DNA from: Bdellovibrionales bacterium
Lineage (GTDB): Bacteria; Bdellovibrionota; Bdellovibrionia; Bdellovibrionales; UBA1609
Direction: 5' to 3'
NCBI GenBank assembly: GCA_965219095.1
Contig: CBDCMT010000001.1
Coordinates: 704,001-768,000, forward strand
DNA length: 64,000 nucleotides
A program made the position numbers and the translations under genes. Shown here one piece after another: positions 10,136 through 20,377 of this stretch (the stretch's first letter is position 1; the number at the start of each line of letters is the position of its first letter). The notes under the pieces were generated by a model. The model searched no databases and was not told the DNA's origin. It saw only the letters and a program-made list of their open reading frames with translations.

Positions 10136-11062
10136 ACCCGAGTTTCGACTTTTTTCAGGGCTAAAGGCTAGCTAATATAAACAAATACCTCAGACTTTTG
10201 TAAGATTTTCTTGAAAAAGCAACTTACAAGAAAAAACACCTTGAGAGTTGCAAAAAACATACAAGGAGGTCTAAGATGTTTAATTCTAATTCTAATTCTA
10301 ATTCTATCATATCAATTTATGTTCTTGTCGATGATTTTTTAACCCCTCTCATACAGCAGCATCCAGAACTGGTTCCCAAAAATAAAGGAGGTTTTTCTTG
10401 TGCTATGTCTCCCAGCAAAATTGTCACTCTTTATCTTACTTTTCCAAAGTTCTGGCTTTAGGAATTTTAAAGCCTTTTACCAGTTTGCAAAAGTCTATCT
10501 TAAATCTTATTTTCCTAAAATGTTGTCTTTCTACTTCAGGCTTTAGAAAACGCTTCCAAGAGCTTATCACTTGGAAATTTCTCAGTCCTAGCTTCTCTGA
10601 GGCTTCCTTTGCACCTATTTCCTCTGCTAATTCAATGGCTTGCTTTTTAAACTCTTCCGAGTACTGTTTTACTTTTTCCATTCTTTCTTTTACCTCCATT
10701 TTACGGAGACTTTAAGAGAAAATTGACTGTCCGCAGAAACAGGGGAAGTTCAGACCCTTTTCAAAAAGCTTTTAAAGAAGGGAGTTAAGCTTATTACAAA
10801 CGTTAAATTAAATATGGAGAACAAATTGATTCCCTTATTTGACAAGTTGATGTTGAAAAAACGTTCTGTTGTGGAAACAGTGATTGGAGTGTTAAAAGGA
10901 GAGTTTCATCTTGAGCATTCTCGCCATCGTAGCCCACAAAACTTTGTCATCAATCTTTTAGGTACTCTCATCTCCTATTGCTTAAAACCTAAAAAACCCT
11001 CCATTCAACTTAAAACTCAAAACAGGAGCTTCTGAACAATATATAAAAGTCGAAACTCGGGT
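10136..11062 (+). mobile_element. IS982-family element, internally disrupted by an IS3 fragment
   Basis: Inverted repeats ACCCGAGTTTCGACTTTT; duplication TAATA at 10131-10135 and 11063-11067; KRSVVETVIGVLKGEFHLEHSRHRS motif in 10814..11035. Confidence 0.88.
10525..10752 (-). pseudogene. IS3-family left end and truncated orfA
   Basis: Near-identical to ~54378-54605; YSEEFKKQAIEL HTH; end TGAACTTCCCCTG. Confidence 0.85.
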
Positions 11063-11667
11063 TAATACTAACATTTTTATTTTTGATGTCTTTAGGAGGA
11101 CTTTCTTATGGAGACGTCGCAAAAAAAGGCTGGTCATCCATATTTTCTTTTTCATAGACGCATAATAGGAATATGTTTGTTTTACAATGTGTAAAGGAAG
11201 AGTCATTAAAAATGGAAAGGAAATGCAGGAAGGTTTCTCTTAGGTGATTAGAATATTCGTGACCGTATGCAAAAAAAATTTTTTATATTTTTTGTAAATG
11301 GAGAAGTGTTTTTTCTTGACATACTTTTTGATAGACATTTTTATGTTCAAATTTAAAATTTTAAAATTGATTTAAGGAAAAGCTCCAGTTAGGAGATTTT
11401 AAAAAAACTTCTTTTGAGGTGAGGTTGAATTTTCATAAGATATGTTTATTTCAAGTATATCTATTTGTTGTGCGAATCGATTGATGGGTTAAAATAAGTG
11501 AAAAAAAGTGAGGGTAAAATTTAAAATGAAAAAAATCAGTTACACAATTTAATTTATAGGTTCAAATTAATTTACAAGCTCAAAATTAGAATTTTTATTT
11601 TCATTTCTTATTGTTATTGCAAGATTGTGGGCTGTCTCACTTTATTGCAAGACAACCTAGTTATTTG

Positions 11668-12288
11668 TTAGTTAGATAAAACTGATGTCATTTTTCGAAA
11701 GTCACATGCACTCATAGGCCCTTGATGCCTAAAGAGTACAACATTTCTTCTGTTGTCTAAAATGTAGACTGTGGGAGTAGAAGAAACATTGTAAGCCTTT
11801 TTTGCATCTCTTTGGCTATCTAAGAAAACAGTAGCCCCTAAAGAACTAAGCTCTCCGCTCTTATTATGTGCATACCGTATCAACTCACTTTGGCTACGAT
11901 CAATTCCAATGTAGTTAATTTGTGTATTGTTTAAAAGCTGAGAATGATCTGAAAAGTACTGAAGAAACTCCTTATGGAGTCTAGTACAATCAGTACAGTG
12001 AACAGAGAAAAACTTAAGAATGGTGTACTTTTGACTTTCCATTAAAGGCTCTCTAATGCACCTTTCGTTTGTCGCTCCCGAAGCTTCAATTCCTGTTAGA
12101 ACAACACAAGGAGCATGACCGCCCTCCTGTATTTGCAAATTAACTTGATCTAGTTGATGGCTCATCGCTTGTGCGTTATAAGCTTGAAAGCTGACAGAAA
12201 AAGCCACTACAAGCAACATTGACAAGTACGATAAAATGTTTTTTGTTTTTGTTTTTGTTTTCATATATACCTCCTTGTTCTTCAACAT
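11668..12288 (-). CDS. TlpA-like thioredoxin-fold protein, copy 2 (CTDC)
   Basis: Paralog of 7699..8289; FFSVHCTDC, STPTVYILD. Confidence 0.85.
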   Translation of the reverse strand: MLKNKEVYMKTKTKTKNILSYLSMLLVVAFSVSFQAYNAQAMSHQLDQVNLQIQEGGHAPCVVLTGIEASGATNERCIREPLMESQKYTILKFFSVHCTDCTRLHKEFLQYFSDHSQLLNNTQINYIGIDRSQSELIRYAHNKSGELSSLGATVFLDSQRDAKKAYNVSSTPTVYILDNRRNVVLFRHQGPMSACDFRKMTSVLSN

Positions 12289-12786
12289 ACATAATGAATC
12301 TATTTTTGATCAAGAATAATTTGTCTTAACATAGAATTAAGAAAATCTAACTATAGCTATTCAGCACAGCAAAAGATGATTCGTTTTTCAAAAGAAAATA
12401 AAAAGCTTTTGATCCTGAGAACAAACAAGGAGGGTAAGAGAGGAGGGCTGTTATTGACATTTGCGTTATTTAAATTTCATAGCTTGATTGAATAGACCCT
12501 TAAGTTCTGTTCCTTAGAAAATAAGTCCCTTTCTTCAGAAAAAACGATTCTCACTTTTACAAGAGATGACCACTGTTCGGAAAATAAACTAACGGTAAGA
12601 TTTAAATACCCCATATAACTTTCATAATTTTTACAAGTTTCTTCTGTCTTTTTAGCTGTATTATCTACAGAACAAATTTTTTGTATTTCTGTTAAACTCT
12701 GTTCATAATTGTAAATCTCAAGATAAGAGCCATGCTGTTTTGTGATAACATTTACATTTTTCTTTTTTAATCTTGAATGCAAAAGA

Positions 12787-12972
12787 GCGTTGTTGTACAC
12801 AAGTGTTTTAGATCAAGTTGTTTCCACTTGAAGTGACATCATTTCTATTAAGTTTGGAGTCTGATAGCTGAAGGGGTCTTCATGTGATTAAGAATCCTGC
12901 ATTTTATGAAGGCTTCATTAGCTTGATTCATAAAATTTCTTGAATTAAGTTTTGATTCCAGAAATTGTTTGA
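12787..12972 (-). pseudogene. IS5 (IS903-like) right-end remnant
   Basis: Reverse complement of ~59124-59310 (KLNSRNFMNQANEAFIKC). Confidence 0.7.
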
Positions 12973-13194
12973 TAGGAATCATTCACAAAAACTTCTCTAT
13001 ATTTTTGTAATGGAGAAGGTCTTAGGAAAACGTACAATAAAATCAATAAAAACTTCTCCTTTAAAATCTAAGAAACATTCTCCTCGTAGAAATCAAGGGC
13101 TGTTAAAAAACAGACTTATTCTTAAAATACTTATTTAAAAAAATAAAGGAGGGAAGAGATATTTTTAAAGACTATCATAAATAACTGATTGCAT

Positions 13195-13622
13195 TTCAAC
13201 AGCAAAGGCAGATCAGATTTTAAGTAATTATAACCACTTACAGAAAATGAAAGAATCTATCCCTAAAGTTATTAGTTCAACTGATCATTTCGAATCTCAT
13301 TCTATAGAAGAATTCAAAAGAAAATTTAAACCAGGAACTCAAGTTTTTATCAAGTCTTTAAATCACATAGGGATTGTGCAAAGTATGGTCAATAAAAAAG
13401 GAGAACTTGAAGTTCTTTTCAGTCGTTAAGGTTTTCAGTACCTTTAGATGGAACTCAAAATGACACCCCCTCCTATGATAAAATAAGTTCTTTTCAAAAA
13501 AGGAACTTTGTAGAAAGTTCTGTTACTGCAAACAATGTGTTAGATGTGAGAGGCTTATCTGTAGAAAATGCTACTGAAATGTTAGAGAAAAAAATTGATG
13601 AAGCCCTTTTAAAAGAAATGGA
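13195..13622 (+). pseudogene. mutS2: MutS2 C-terminal remnant (KOW and start of Smr domain), cut by IS66
   Basis: FKPGTQVFIKSLNHIGIV, then after a frameshift NVLDVRGLSVENATEMLEKKIDEALL, ending at the IS66 end. Confidence 0.7.
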
Positions 13623-14870
13623 GTAACTGCTCACCTACATTGTTCAGTTATCCCTAACTTTAGAGCTGTTTTAAGATAAAAGTCTTGCTCTTACAGATTT
13701 TCTTTTAAATACTTTTTTCAAATGACAATAAATAAGACCTCCATCAGAAATGAGATTGAAAATATAAGAAGTGACTTTGATAAGCTTGCAAAGAAAGGTT
13801 CTGTGCCTACTGAGATTTCTGTGATTGTTGAATCTCTCTTTAAGGTTGTGAACATTCTGATTGTTGTGCTTTTAGAAAAACAGGTTCGAAAAAATTCCAG
13901 CAACAGCGGTCTTCCTCCTTCGCAAGATTTTAATCGTCAAGGGAATCGTAATAAGAAGGCTAGGGAGAGTCAAAAAAAGGGCTCTAGGCTTATCAGTAAA
14001 GATACAAAACAGCGAGGAGACTGTCTTTTCCTCAGAGTGTTCTCAGTGTGGGATGTGTTTAAAGACAGCAGAGGTAAAAAGCCTTGAAAAGCGTAAAAAG
14101 ATTGATATTTTTTATGAAATTCAGACCCATACTGTAACTTCTGAAGTTAAGGATTGTCCCTCATGTGGAGCTAGAAATAAAGGTCAATTCCCTAAAGGTA
14201 TGAGTGGTCCTCTTCAGTATGGTGTAGGCATTAGAGCTTCCATCATCAATTTCATTATAGTTCAGATGCTGTCTTTTAGAGCGTGTTGGGGAACATTACA
14301 TGGGGCTTATAGGTCGAATGATTTCTCCTGCAGTTATGTTGAGATACATTGCTGAATTAGGAGAGTTTCTTAAAAGTTGGGAAGAGCAGATGAAAGAAAA
14401 GATACTTGAATCAGAGGTCATTCATGTTGATGAGACCTCTATGAGGGTTAAGGGTAAAAACTACTGGATTCATACTTATAGTTCAGGAGAATTAGTCTTG
14501 CAGTTTCTCCACCTTTCAGGTGGAAGGGAAGCCATAAAAGATATTGGTCTCTTGGATAGATATGGAGGAGTGCTTGTGCATGATTGTTGGAGTCCTTACT
14601 TTTGTTATGATAAGATAACTCATGCTTTGTGTGTGGCTCACCTTTTGAGAGAGCTTAAATTTATAGAAGAAAGCAATGGATTCAAATGGGCTACAAATCT
14701 CAAAAAACTTCTTAAAGAGACTGTGGAGTTAGTTCATAAAAAAGAGTCAAGAGTTCTGACTCAAAAAGAGTACGAAACTCTTCAGAGAAGGTATAGGAGT
14801 ATTCTTACAAAAGGCTTAAAAGAGCTTCCAGAATTTCCTAAGAAAAATGGCAAGAAAGGACGAATAAAAG
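13623..14870 (+). mobile_element. IS66-family element, frameshifted and truncated
   Basis: End GTAACTGCTCACC; NSSNSGLPPS, CPSCG, IHVDET, LVHDCW, HALCVAHLLREL spread over three ORFs. Confidence 0.9.
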
Positions 14871-14902
14871 TGTAATAGACGTTATATGATCTGACAGTTA
14901 CC

Positions 14903-15258
14903 CTTTATGCGATCATCAAACTTTGGAGGTTTTCCAGGACGAGGATCATCTTCAAGAGCTTTTTTCAGCCCAGAATTCTCATAGTTTTTTTGGATGTTGA
15001 AAACAGTTCTAGGAGTTATCTCTAAGTAATCTGCTGTCTCTATGGCAGTTAAATTTTTGTTCCTTAAGTTTAGAACATTGGCTCGATATATGGCTCTTGG
15101 ATTTTTAGACTTCTTTATAATTTTAAGAATTTCTCTCTTATCTTTTGGCTTTAATAAATTTAACATATGAGTATTAAAACATAATAAAAAAAAATTAAAT
15201 AAAATGACCTGGATTAAAGGCTTGAAAATTGTGAAAAAAATTACTGGTCAGAACACTA
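14903..15258 (-). mobile_element. IS630-family left end with HTH fragment, inserted at TA in a recombinase gene
   Basis: ORF 14882..15166 (ADYLEITPRTV...LEDDPRPGKPPKF); end TAGTGTTCTGACCAG abuts the start of recombinase homology. Confidence 0.75.
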
Positions 15259-16067
15259 GAAGTAAAAATCAGAGTGCCCAGGACATTTTAATTGAAGAGT
15301 TAGGCAACCTTAGTGAAAAGAAATCTCAGGTAGAAGAAGAGATCAAAAAGCTCAAAAGGGAAAAGTCTCAATTCAAAGACAACATCATTTCAGCAGAGAA
15401 TATCTTTTCAGCACTCAAGGTTGTAAATAAGACTCTGCCCAAAATCACTCCCAGACAGCAAAAAGAGCTTCTCTCAGAGATCATCAAGAAGGTTGTGGTC
15501 TATAAACATGGCTTAGGCGTGGAGTATTTTGGGGCCAAAAAGTCTAAAATAGGAAATTGGGTTCAAGCGGTCAAAAATCCGCACAGTGTTTGTGTTGGTC
15601 GAGAAACCAGTAAATTGTGCGAGTTTCCCTATCTGTTTGATTTTCTTAGTCTTTTTCCAATTCCATACAGAGCAGAAAACCATAATTTCAGCGAGCTTTA
15701 TAAAAAACATCAATTATCCCTAAAACAAATAGCGGAAAAAACAGGAGTTAGCAAAAGCACTGTTTTGAAAAAACTTAAGAAAGAAAATGTAAGCAGAAGA
15801 GCACAAGAAGATGCCCAGACAAACCCTAAGAATTACCGTTCTCCTAATCCACCTTTTGGTTTTAGAGTTATTGAAGGGAGACTAGTGCAAAATAGAGCAG
15901 AAATTCACATTTGCAGGAAAATTATCCACATGAAAAATGATGGCCTATCTTTTAGTGCTATCAGTACCCAGCTAACAAAAGAAGGCATTAAAAACAGGAA
16001 AAAAACAACCTACTGGTGTCACAAGCATTTAAAAAGAATTTATAATTACTGGAAAGATAAACTATAA
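15256..16067 (+). pseudogene. 3' remnant of a second serine recombinase gene reading through attP into an HTH plus recombinase DNA-binding extension
   Basis: 15256-15601 is a slightly diverged direct repeat of 48570-48915; the frame continues into LSLKQIAEKTGVSKSTV (HTH) and PPFGFRVIEGRLVQN...GLSFSAISTQL...W. Confidence 0.85.
15580..15621. other. attP-like site of the serine recombinase (dyad centred on CG 15600-15601)
   Basis: CGCACAgtgtttgtGTTggTCGAgaAACcagtaaatTGTGCG; the dyad centre coincides with the end of homology to the tRNA junction. Confidence 0.8.
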
Positions 16068-16089
16068 TCAAAAACAAGGGGGTAAGACT

Positions 16090-16272
16090 ATGTTTTCTAT
16101 ATTTTCCATTCCAAAAATCGTAGGAGCTATTGTAAGCTTCTTTCTGATTTGTTCTTTAGTGGGGAAACCTGAAATTCCTATGAAGATGATTTTGAAGCTT
16201 CAAGCGGAGACTTTTAAAGTTATTGATCAGGATTGGGGGAATCCTGCTGTGTTTAATACTATAGATCATTAA
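16090..16272 (+). CDS. Small hypothetical membrane protein
   Basis: Ribosome binding site GGGGGT, one hydrophobic helix, follows the recombinase extension. Confidence 0.55.
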   Translation: MFSIFSIPKIVGAIVSFFLICSLVGKPEIPMKMILKLQAETFKVIDQDWGNPAVFNTIDH

Positions 16273-16284
16273 ATCTTCTCTCAA

Positions 16285-16683
16285 CTACTGTCTAGTGATT
16301 TTTTTAAAAATTTTTTGCCACCATGATATTCTTTTTATCTTTCTCTGTATGTCCGTTTCTTTTTCATGTCTATCTCTAAGCCTACCTATATATATTTCTT
16401 CTTCGGACCATTTTTTGCACCATTTAGTTTTACTCTCCAATATCATATAATGACTTTTACAAGGAAGTCTCCAGTTTCCTATTGATGGTAGTACACTTAT
16501 AGTATCTCCATCATATTCAACTCTCCACTCACTTCGACCTAATGGAAGGCTTACTTCAGACCCACAACCGCATGCACACATATGTTCAATGAGTCTATGT
16601 TTTGTAGATATATACAAATCTCCTTCATTCATTTTTTCAGGCATATTTTCTATCCATATAGTTCGCCAAATAGTAGTTTTCAT
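16285..16683 (-). CDS. DUF6527-like protein
   Basis: HMCACGCGSEVSLPL...PSIGNWRLPCKSHY motif. Confidence 0.85.
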   Translation of the reverse strand: MKTTIWRTIWIENMPEKMNEGDLYISTKHRLIEHMCACGCGSEVSLPLGRSEWRVEYDGDTISVLPSIGNWRLPCKSHYMILESKTKWCKKWSEEEIYIGRLRDRHEKETDIQRKIKRISWWQKIFKKITRQ

Positions 16684-16745
16684 TTTTTTCTCAATCAGTA
16701 TTAATTAATGTTTTATCTAATGCTTTTCCTTACAAATTGCTTTAA

Positions 16746-17963
16746 CTATTTACCCATCAGTATTGTTCCTGAAGGCGTGGCATAATTTAGTAAGTTGTGG
16801 TCGCTATCTCTATCACTTCTATAAATTCCTTTTTTTATCTTCCACTCTATAATGGCCAATGCTGCCCCTAACATATTTAGTTCCGCTGTTTGAATATTGC
16901 TTCTATAAATATCAATGATTGGTTGTTGATTATTTTGTACAATATTCGTTGAATTTCTTGAATTATTCACTTGATATTCTTTCTCTATTTTTACCATACC
17001 TACAAGTTGACTATCATTCTCTCCTTCCTTTTCAACTCCGATGCCAACACTCAAATGAAACACTCCTAATTCATTACATTTTCTTTGAATTTCTCTTCGG
17101 CTATTTAGATTATCTACGGCAATAAATACTGTGTTATAGTTTTTTAAAGTATCTAAATTTTTGTTATCAATTTTATTCTTGTGTGTGTGTAAACCCTTTG
17201 CTCTAATGTTTTTATAAGACTTCTCATGCCAATCGACCTTTGCCATGCCAAACTCGTTCTTATGTACGGCCCCTGCTAGTCTAAATGCACTATCAGTTTC
17301 TATAGTGTCATGATCATATAAATGTAACTCTTTGATATTTGTTTTTACAAGTACATCAACTAAATAAGACCCTGTACCTCCTACTCCTATAACTGCTACT
17401 ATTTCATCAGAAATTTTATCTTCTATTCCTTTTGTACCATTACGGTATTGGCTAGAATTAATATATACAAATCTTTCATCTGAATTATCTTTATTTACTT
17501 CTCCATTTTTTGATCGCTCTAAAACTCCTGGAGTTTTACTTTCAGCATGAAAGCTAACTTCCTTTATATATGTTGTTATCTGCTCATAATAATCGTTATA
17601 CGCTCTTTTCTGTCCATCTTGTTTTATCATTCTTGACCACTGCATATATACGACAATATCCTCTCCAAGGTTATGTCCATTGGTCCATTCTGCACAGCAA
17701 AGATCGTCTTTCATACTTTTTCCTTCAGAGTTATAGGGTATTTCTCCAGTCCACCATACAGTATGTTCTGTTGGTTGCTGTGTTTCCTGCCTTTGAGAGT
17801 CAATATTTAGACTGGTTACTATATCAGCATACTTAATTTCGTTTTGAGATAAATAAGGAACATTCTTTATAATTAAATAGCCACCTCTTATTTCTATATT
17901 ATACTTTTCACTTATTAACTTAGAGAGATCTTTACTATGATTTATCAGTGAGTATGACATCAA
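16746..17963 (-). CDS. E2-like (DUF6791-type) plus ThiF/E1 adenylyltransferase fusion
   Basis: N-terminal GGYLIIKNVPY...HTVWWTGEIP; VAVIGVGGTGSY, LYDHD, FIAVD, QTAELNMLGAALA. Confidence 0.85.
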   Translation of the reverse strand: MMSYSLINHSKDLSKLISEKYNIEIRGGYLIIKNVPYLSQNEIKYADIVTSLNIDSQRQETQQPTEHTVWWTGEIPYNSEGKSMKDDLCCAEWTNGHNLGEDIVVYMQWSRMIKQDGQKRAYNDYYEQITTYIKEVSFHAESKTPGVLERSKNGEVNKDNSDERFVYINSSQYRNGTKGIEDKISDEIVAVIGVGGTGSYLVDVLVKTNIKELHLYDHDTIETDSAFRLAGAVHKNEFGMAKVDWHEKSYKNIRAKGLHTHKNKIDNKNLDTLKNYNTVFIAVDNLNSRREIQRKCNELGVFHLSVGIGVEKEGENDSQLVGMVKIEKEYQVNNSRNSTNIVQNNQQPIIDIYRSNIQTAELNMLGAALAIIEWKIKKGIYRSDRDSDHNLLNYATPSGTILMGK

Positions 17964-18192
17964 ATTTCATTTCATTCACAATTGGTGTTGTTTCTCCTTC
18001 CTTAAGAATTCCTTCCGGTCTATCTTTTGGCCCATCTTTCCATCTAACATCATATTCATAATCTGGCCCTTGTTTCCCATCAGGATAAGCACGATTTACT
18101 ACTTCAGCAAAACTTATTTTGTCATCTGATATTTTATATTCTCTACCCCTAATATAAATTAAAATTCCTGCTTCACTCATTTTGACCTCCAT
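17935..18192 (-). CDS. Ubiquitin-like (multiubiquitin-domain) protein
   Basis: IYIRGREY...ISFAEVV...GILKEGET...MKFDVILTDKS pattern; overlaps the E1 gene start. Confidence 0.8.
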   Translation of the reverse strand: MEVKMSEAGILIYIRGREYKISDDKISFAEVVNRAYPDGKQGPDYEYDVRWKDGPKDRPEGILKEGETTPIVNEMKFDVILTDKS

Positions 18193-18215
18193 TAAATTTA
18201 TAAATATTTATTAAA

Positions 18216-18742
18216 TTAATTTCCACCCTCTCCACCAACAACATTGCTTCTTCCATCTGACACTAGTTTAAAAGGCCTAAAAAAGTCAAGCAAGCTATTT
18301 TGTTCATAAACCTCTAAGATATCGCTTTCTGTAAGATTGAGATGAGTATATTTCTTGCCAAGCTCACTTAATAAAAAATCCACATTAAAAAAATCTTCAT
18401 TTTCTCTAACAAGCCTTGTTATTTCAGCTCTTAGATGAAATATCATAAGCTCACTATCACCCTCAAAGCCATAATCCTCAGAACCATCAGAAAGGGAATA
18501 AATTCCATAGTCACTCTTATCTTTCTCGTCCTTACTTTTAGGAGGGTTTGTGCCACCTTCTCCTCCAAGGATAATAGGCCCCTCACAAGGATTTCTTTAT
18601 CAATTGAAGGAAAACAATTACTTTCTACTTCTGAACCTTCATAGATTTTAATTTCTGCACTTTCATTTAGCTCATTATTTACAAAGCCCAAAGCAACTTG
18701 AGTGAAGATAAGAGTTAATGTTGCAAATAGTATTTTTTTCAT
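18216..18742 (-). pseudogene. Secreted protein with two GGEGG motifs, split by a single-base frameshift near 18597
   Basis: Adding one A (GATAAAAGAAAT) joins 18443..18742 to the frame of 18216..18446: signal peptide...CFPSIDKRNPCEGPIILGGEGGTN...NVVGGEGGN*. Confidence 0.7.
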
Positions 18743-18834
18743 TTTAATTCTCCTTTGTTATTTTTTGGTTGTGATAAAGTATCTGCTGTTATTGTGACAA
18801 ATGTTGGCTCTCCATCTAAATCCTCTTCCTTATA
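18739..18834 (-). pseudogene. C-terminal remnant of a paralog of regulator 20677..21525
   Basis: YKEEDLDGEPTFVTITADTLSQPKNNKGELK* aligns with YSEEDENGEHSFFILGSDTLTQPEISTGEEQ*; same ATGA overlap with the downstream gene. Confidence 0.7.
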
Positions 18835-18908
18835 ACCTGAAATCTGTTAATTTTGGTACTAGGTTTTTATTCGGCCCTCGTAATGCTTCGCATTAGTCGG
18901 AGGGGATT

Positions 18909-19484
18909 TTACAACTTAAAGCTGTGTGGGATTTCTTGAGTCACATTAAAAGCTTTATAAAGGCTCTTTTGCTTACCGGATAACTCTCCTAATCTTGTTT
19001 GTCCTGTGGCCAATTTATAGAACTTTAATTTGTCTAAAATTTTATAGACCTCTGTTTTTGAAAATTTCTTGTACAGATTCTTTTCTTTCATCACATTGTT
19101 TATGTGAGAGATTAAAATTAAAGCTATAAAGTTAATAAATAAACTTCCTCTCATGGTTTGTAGCGAATGAGTCCTCGCTCGCTTTTCATTTATATCATGC
19201 TTGAAAGACAAAAAAATCTTTTCAATGCTATCTTTGTTTCTATACAACTCTAAGATCTCATCTTTTGAAAGCTTTTGATCGCAATCGGTAAGTAAAATCA
19301 ACACACCCATTTTTCGCATCTGCTTTTTAATATAATCCAAATCTCTCGAAATAAAAAAACCCCCCTTTTTCTTGACAACTGTAAAGCGCTTCTTGGCACT
19401 CTTTAAGGTTTCTGCTATGCACTCATCGCACTCTTTCTTTGTCCTAAATTTCTTCTTAGAAAATCTTCGCTCAAAACAATCCAA
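18909..19484 (-). pseudogene. IS1634-family transposase C-terminal fragment
   Basis: YRNKDSIEKIFLSFK...FINFIALIL; homologous to the C-terminus of 52539..54191. Confidence 0.85.
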
Positions 19485-19500
19485 CTTCTCTATCTTAGGA

Positions 19501-19603
19501 AACTGAAAACCTAAACGGAAGCACTATATAATGAATACGCTTAGATTTTCCGGTCGATTCTCTAGAGAAAAAACCCTGAAAACCTAAACGGAAGCACTAT
19601 ATA
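19501..19603. mobile_element. IS630-derived MITE plus an adjacent extra end
   Basis: CTGAAAACCTAAACGGAAGCACTATA occurs twice; unit matches 1220-1293. Confidence 0.75.
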
Positions 19604-19775
19604 CCATGAATCACCCTGAATCCTAACACCTAAGGATAATAAAGTGTTCAGAGCTGAAAGGGATTCTCTTCAATTTTGTTCAATTCTGAAAGCTTTTTTT
19701 ATAGACTAAAATAAGGTTTTTCACGCTGAAAGAGATTTCTGTTTATTTTCTTCTATCATGACAACCCTTATTAAA

Positions 19776-20354
19776 TCATTTTTTTCTAAACTTAATATGA
19801 GGTTTTAGAATAAATTTTAGCTGTTCGATGTCTTGTTCAATCTTTTTTTTATGCCCATTAGAGCCATAGATATTTTTTAAATTGTTAGCGACCACTTCTG
19901 CCCCACGGGTATCAACATAACTTTCTGACCATGTCTCTTTAATTTCTATTATTTCATTATATTCTATCAAAGCTTTCTTAATAGTGTTTTCTATGTCTCT
20001 TAGGAGTTCAAATGCTTGATCTTCTAAAAAAATTTGAACACTTTTAATGCTAGAAGAAAGAGATTCCAAATCTTTTTTATAGAAATCCATTTTTCTAATT
20101 ACTTTTTTCCTCATCCTTTCATATTCTTTTAAACCCTCATCTTCCTGATTCGTACTTTCAAGGGGAGGGAAGAATGAATTATAAACTTCTTTGATTCTTA
20201 ATGCACAATAAAGAGCCTCAGAGGCAACTTCTGCATTCTTCTTTAATAAGGCTTCTTTTTTCCAGTTATTAAATGAATAATATCCAAGCCAGACTAAACC
20301 TAAGCCTCCTATTCCTGAAAAAAGCAAACCTATTGCAGAAAGAAAATCACACAT
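19776..20354 (-). CDS. Hypothetical protein, N-terminal membrane anchor and helical domain
   Basis: 192-aa ORF; transmembrane segment followed by NNWKKE. Confidence 0.7.
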   Translation of the reverse strand: MCDFLSAIGLLFSGIGGLGLVWLGYYSFNNWKKEALLKKNAEVASEALYCALRIKEVYNSFFPPLESTNQEDEGLKEYERMRKKVIRKMDFYKKDLESLSSSIKSVQIFLEDQAFELLRDIENTIKKALIEYNEIIEIKETWSESYVDTRGAEVVANNLKNIYGSNGHKKKIEQDIEQLKFILKPHIKFRKK

Positions 20355-20377
20355 TTGAATATTTGTGAATATAATAT

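Noticed and set aside
10277..10305. (AATTCT)n hexamer run at the IS982 transposase start
   Set aside because: Short microsatellite in a dead IS; no functional evidence.
12477..12800. 107-aa ORF as an intact gene
   Set aside because: Its start lies within an IS5 end, so it is probably a truncated fragment; function not assignable.
15204..15255. N-terminus of ORF 15204..16067 as a genuine gene start
   Set aside because: The first ~17 codons lie within the IS630 end and are a fortuitous in-frame fusion to the recombinase remnant; expression from it cannot be excluded.
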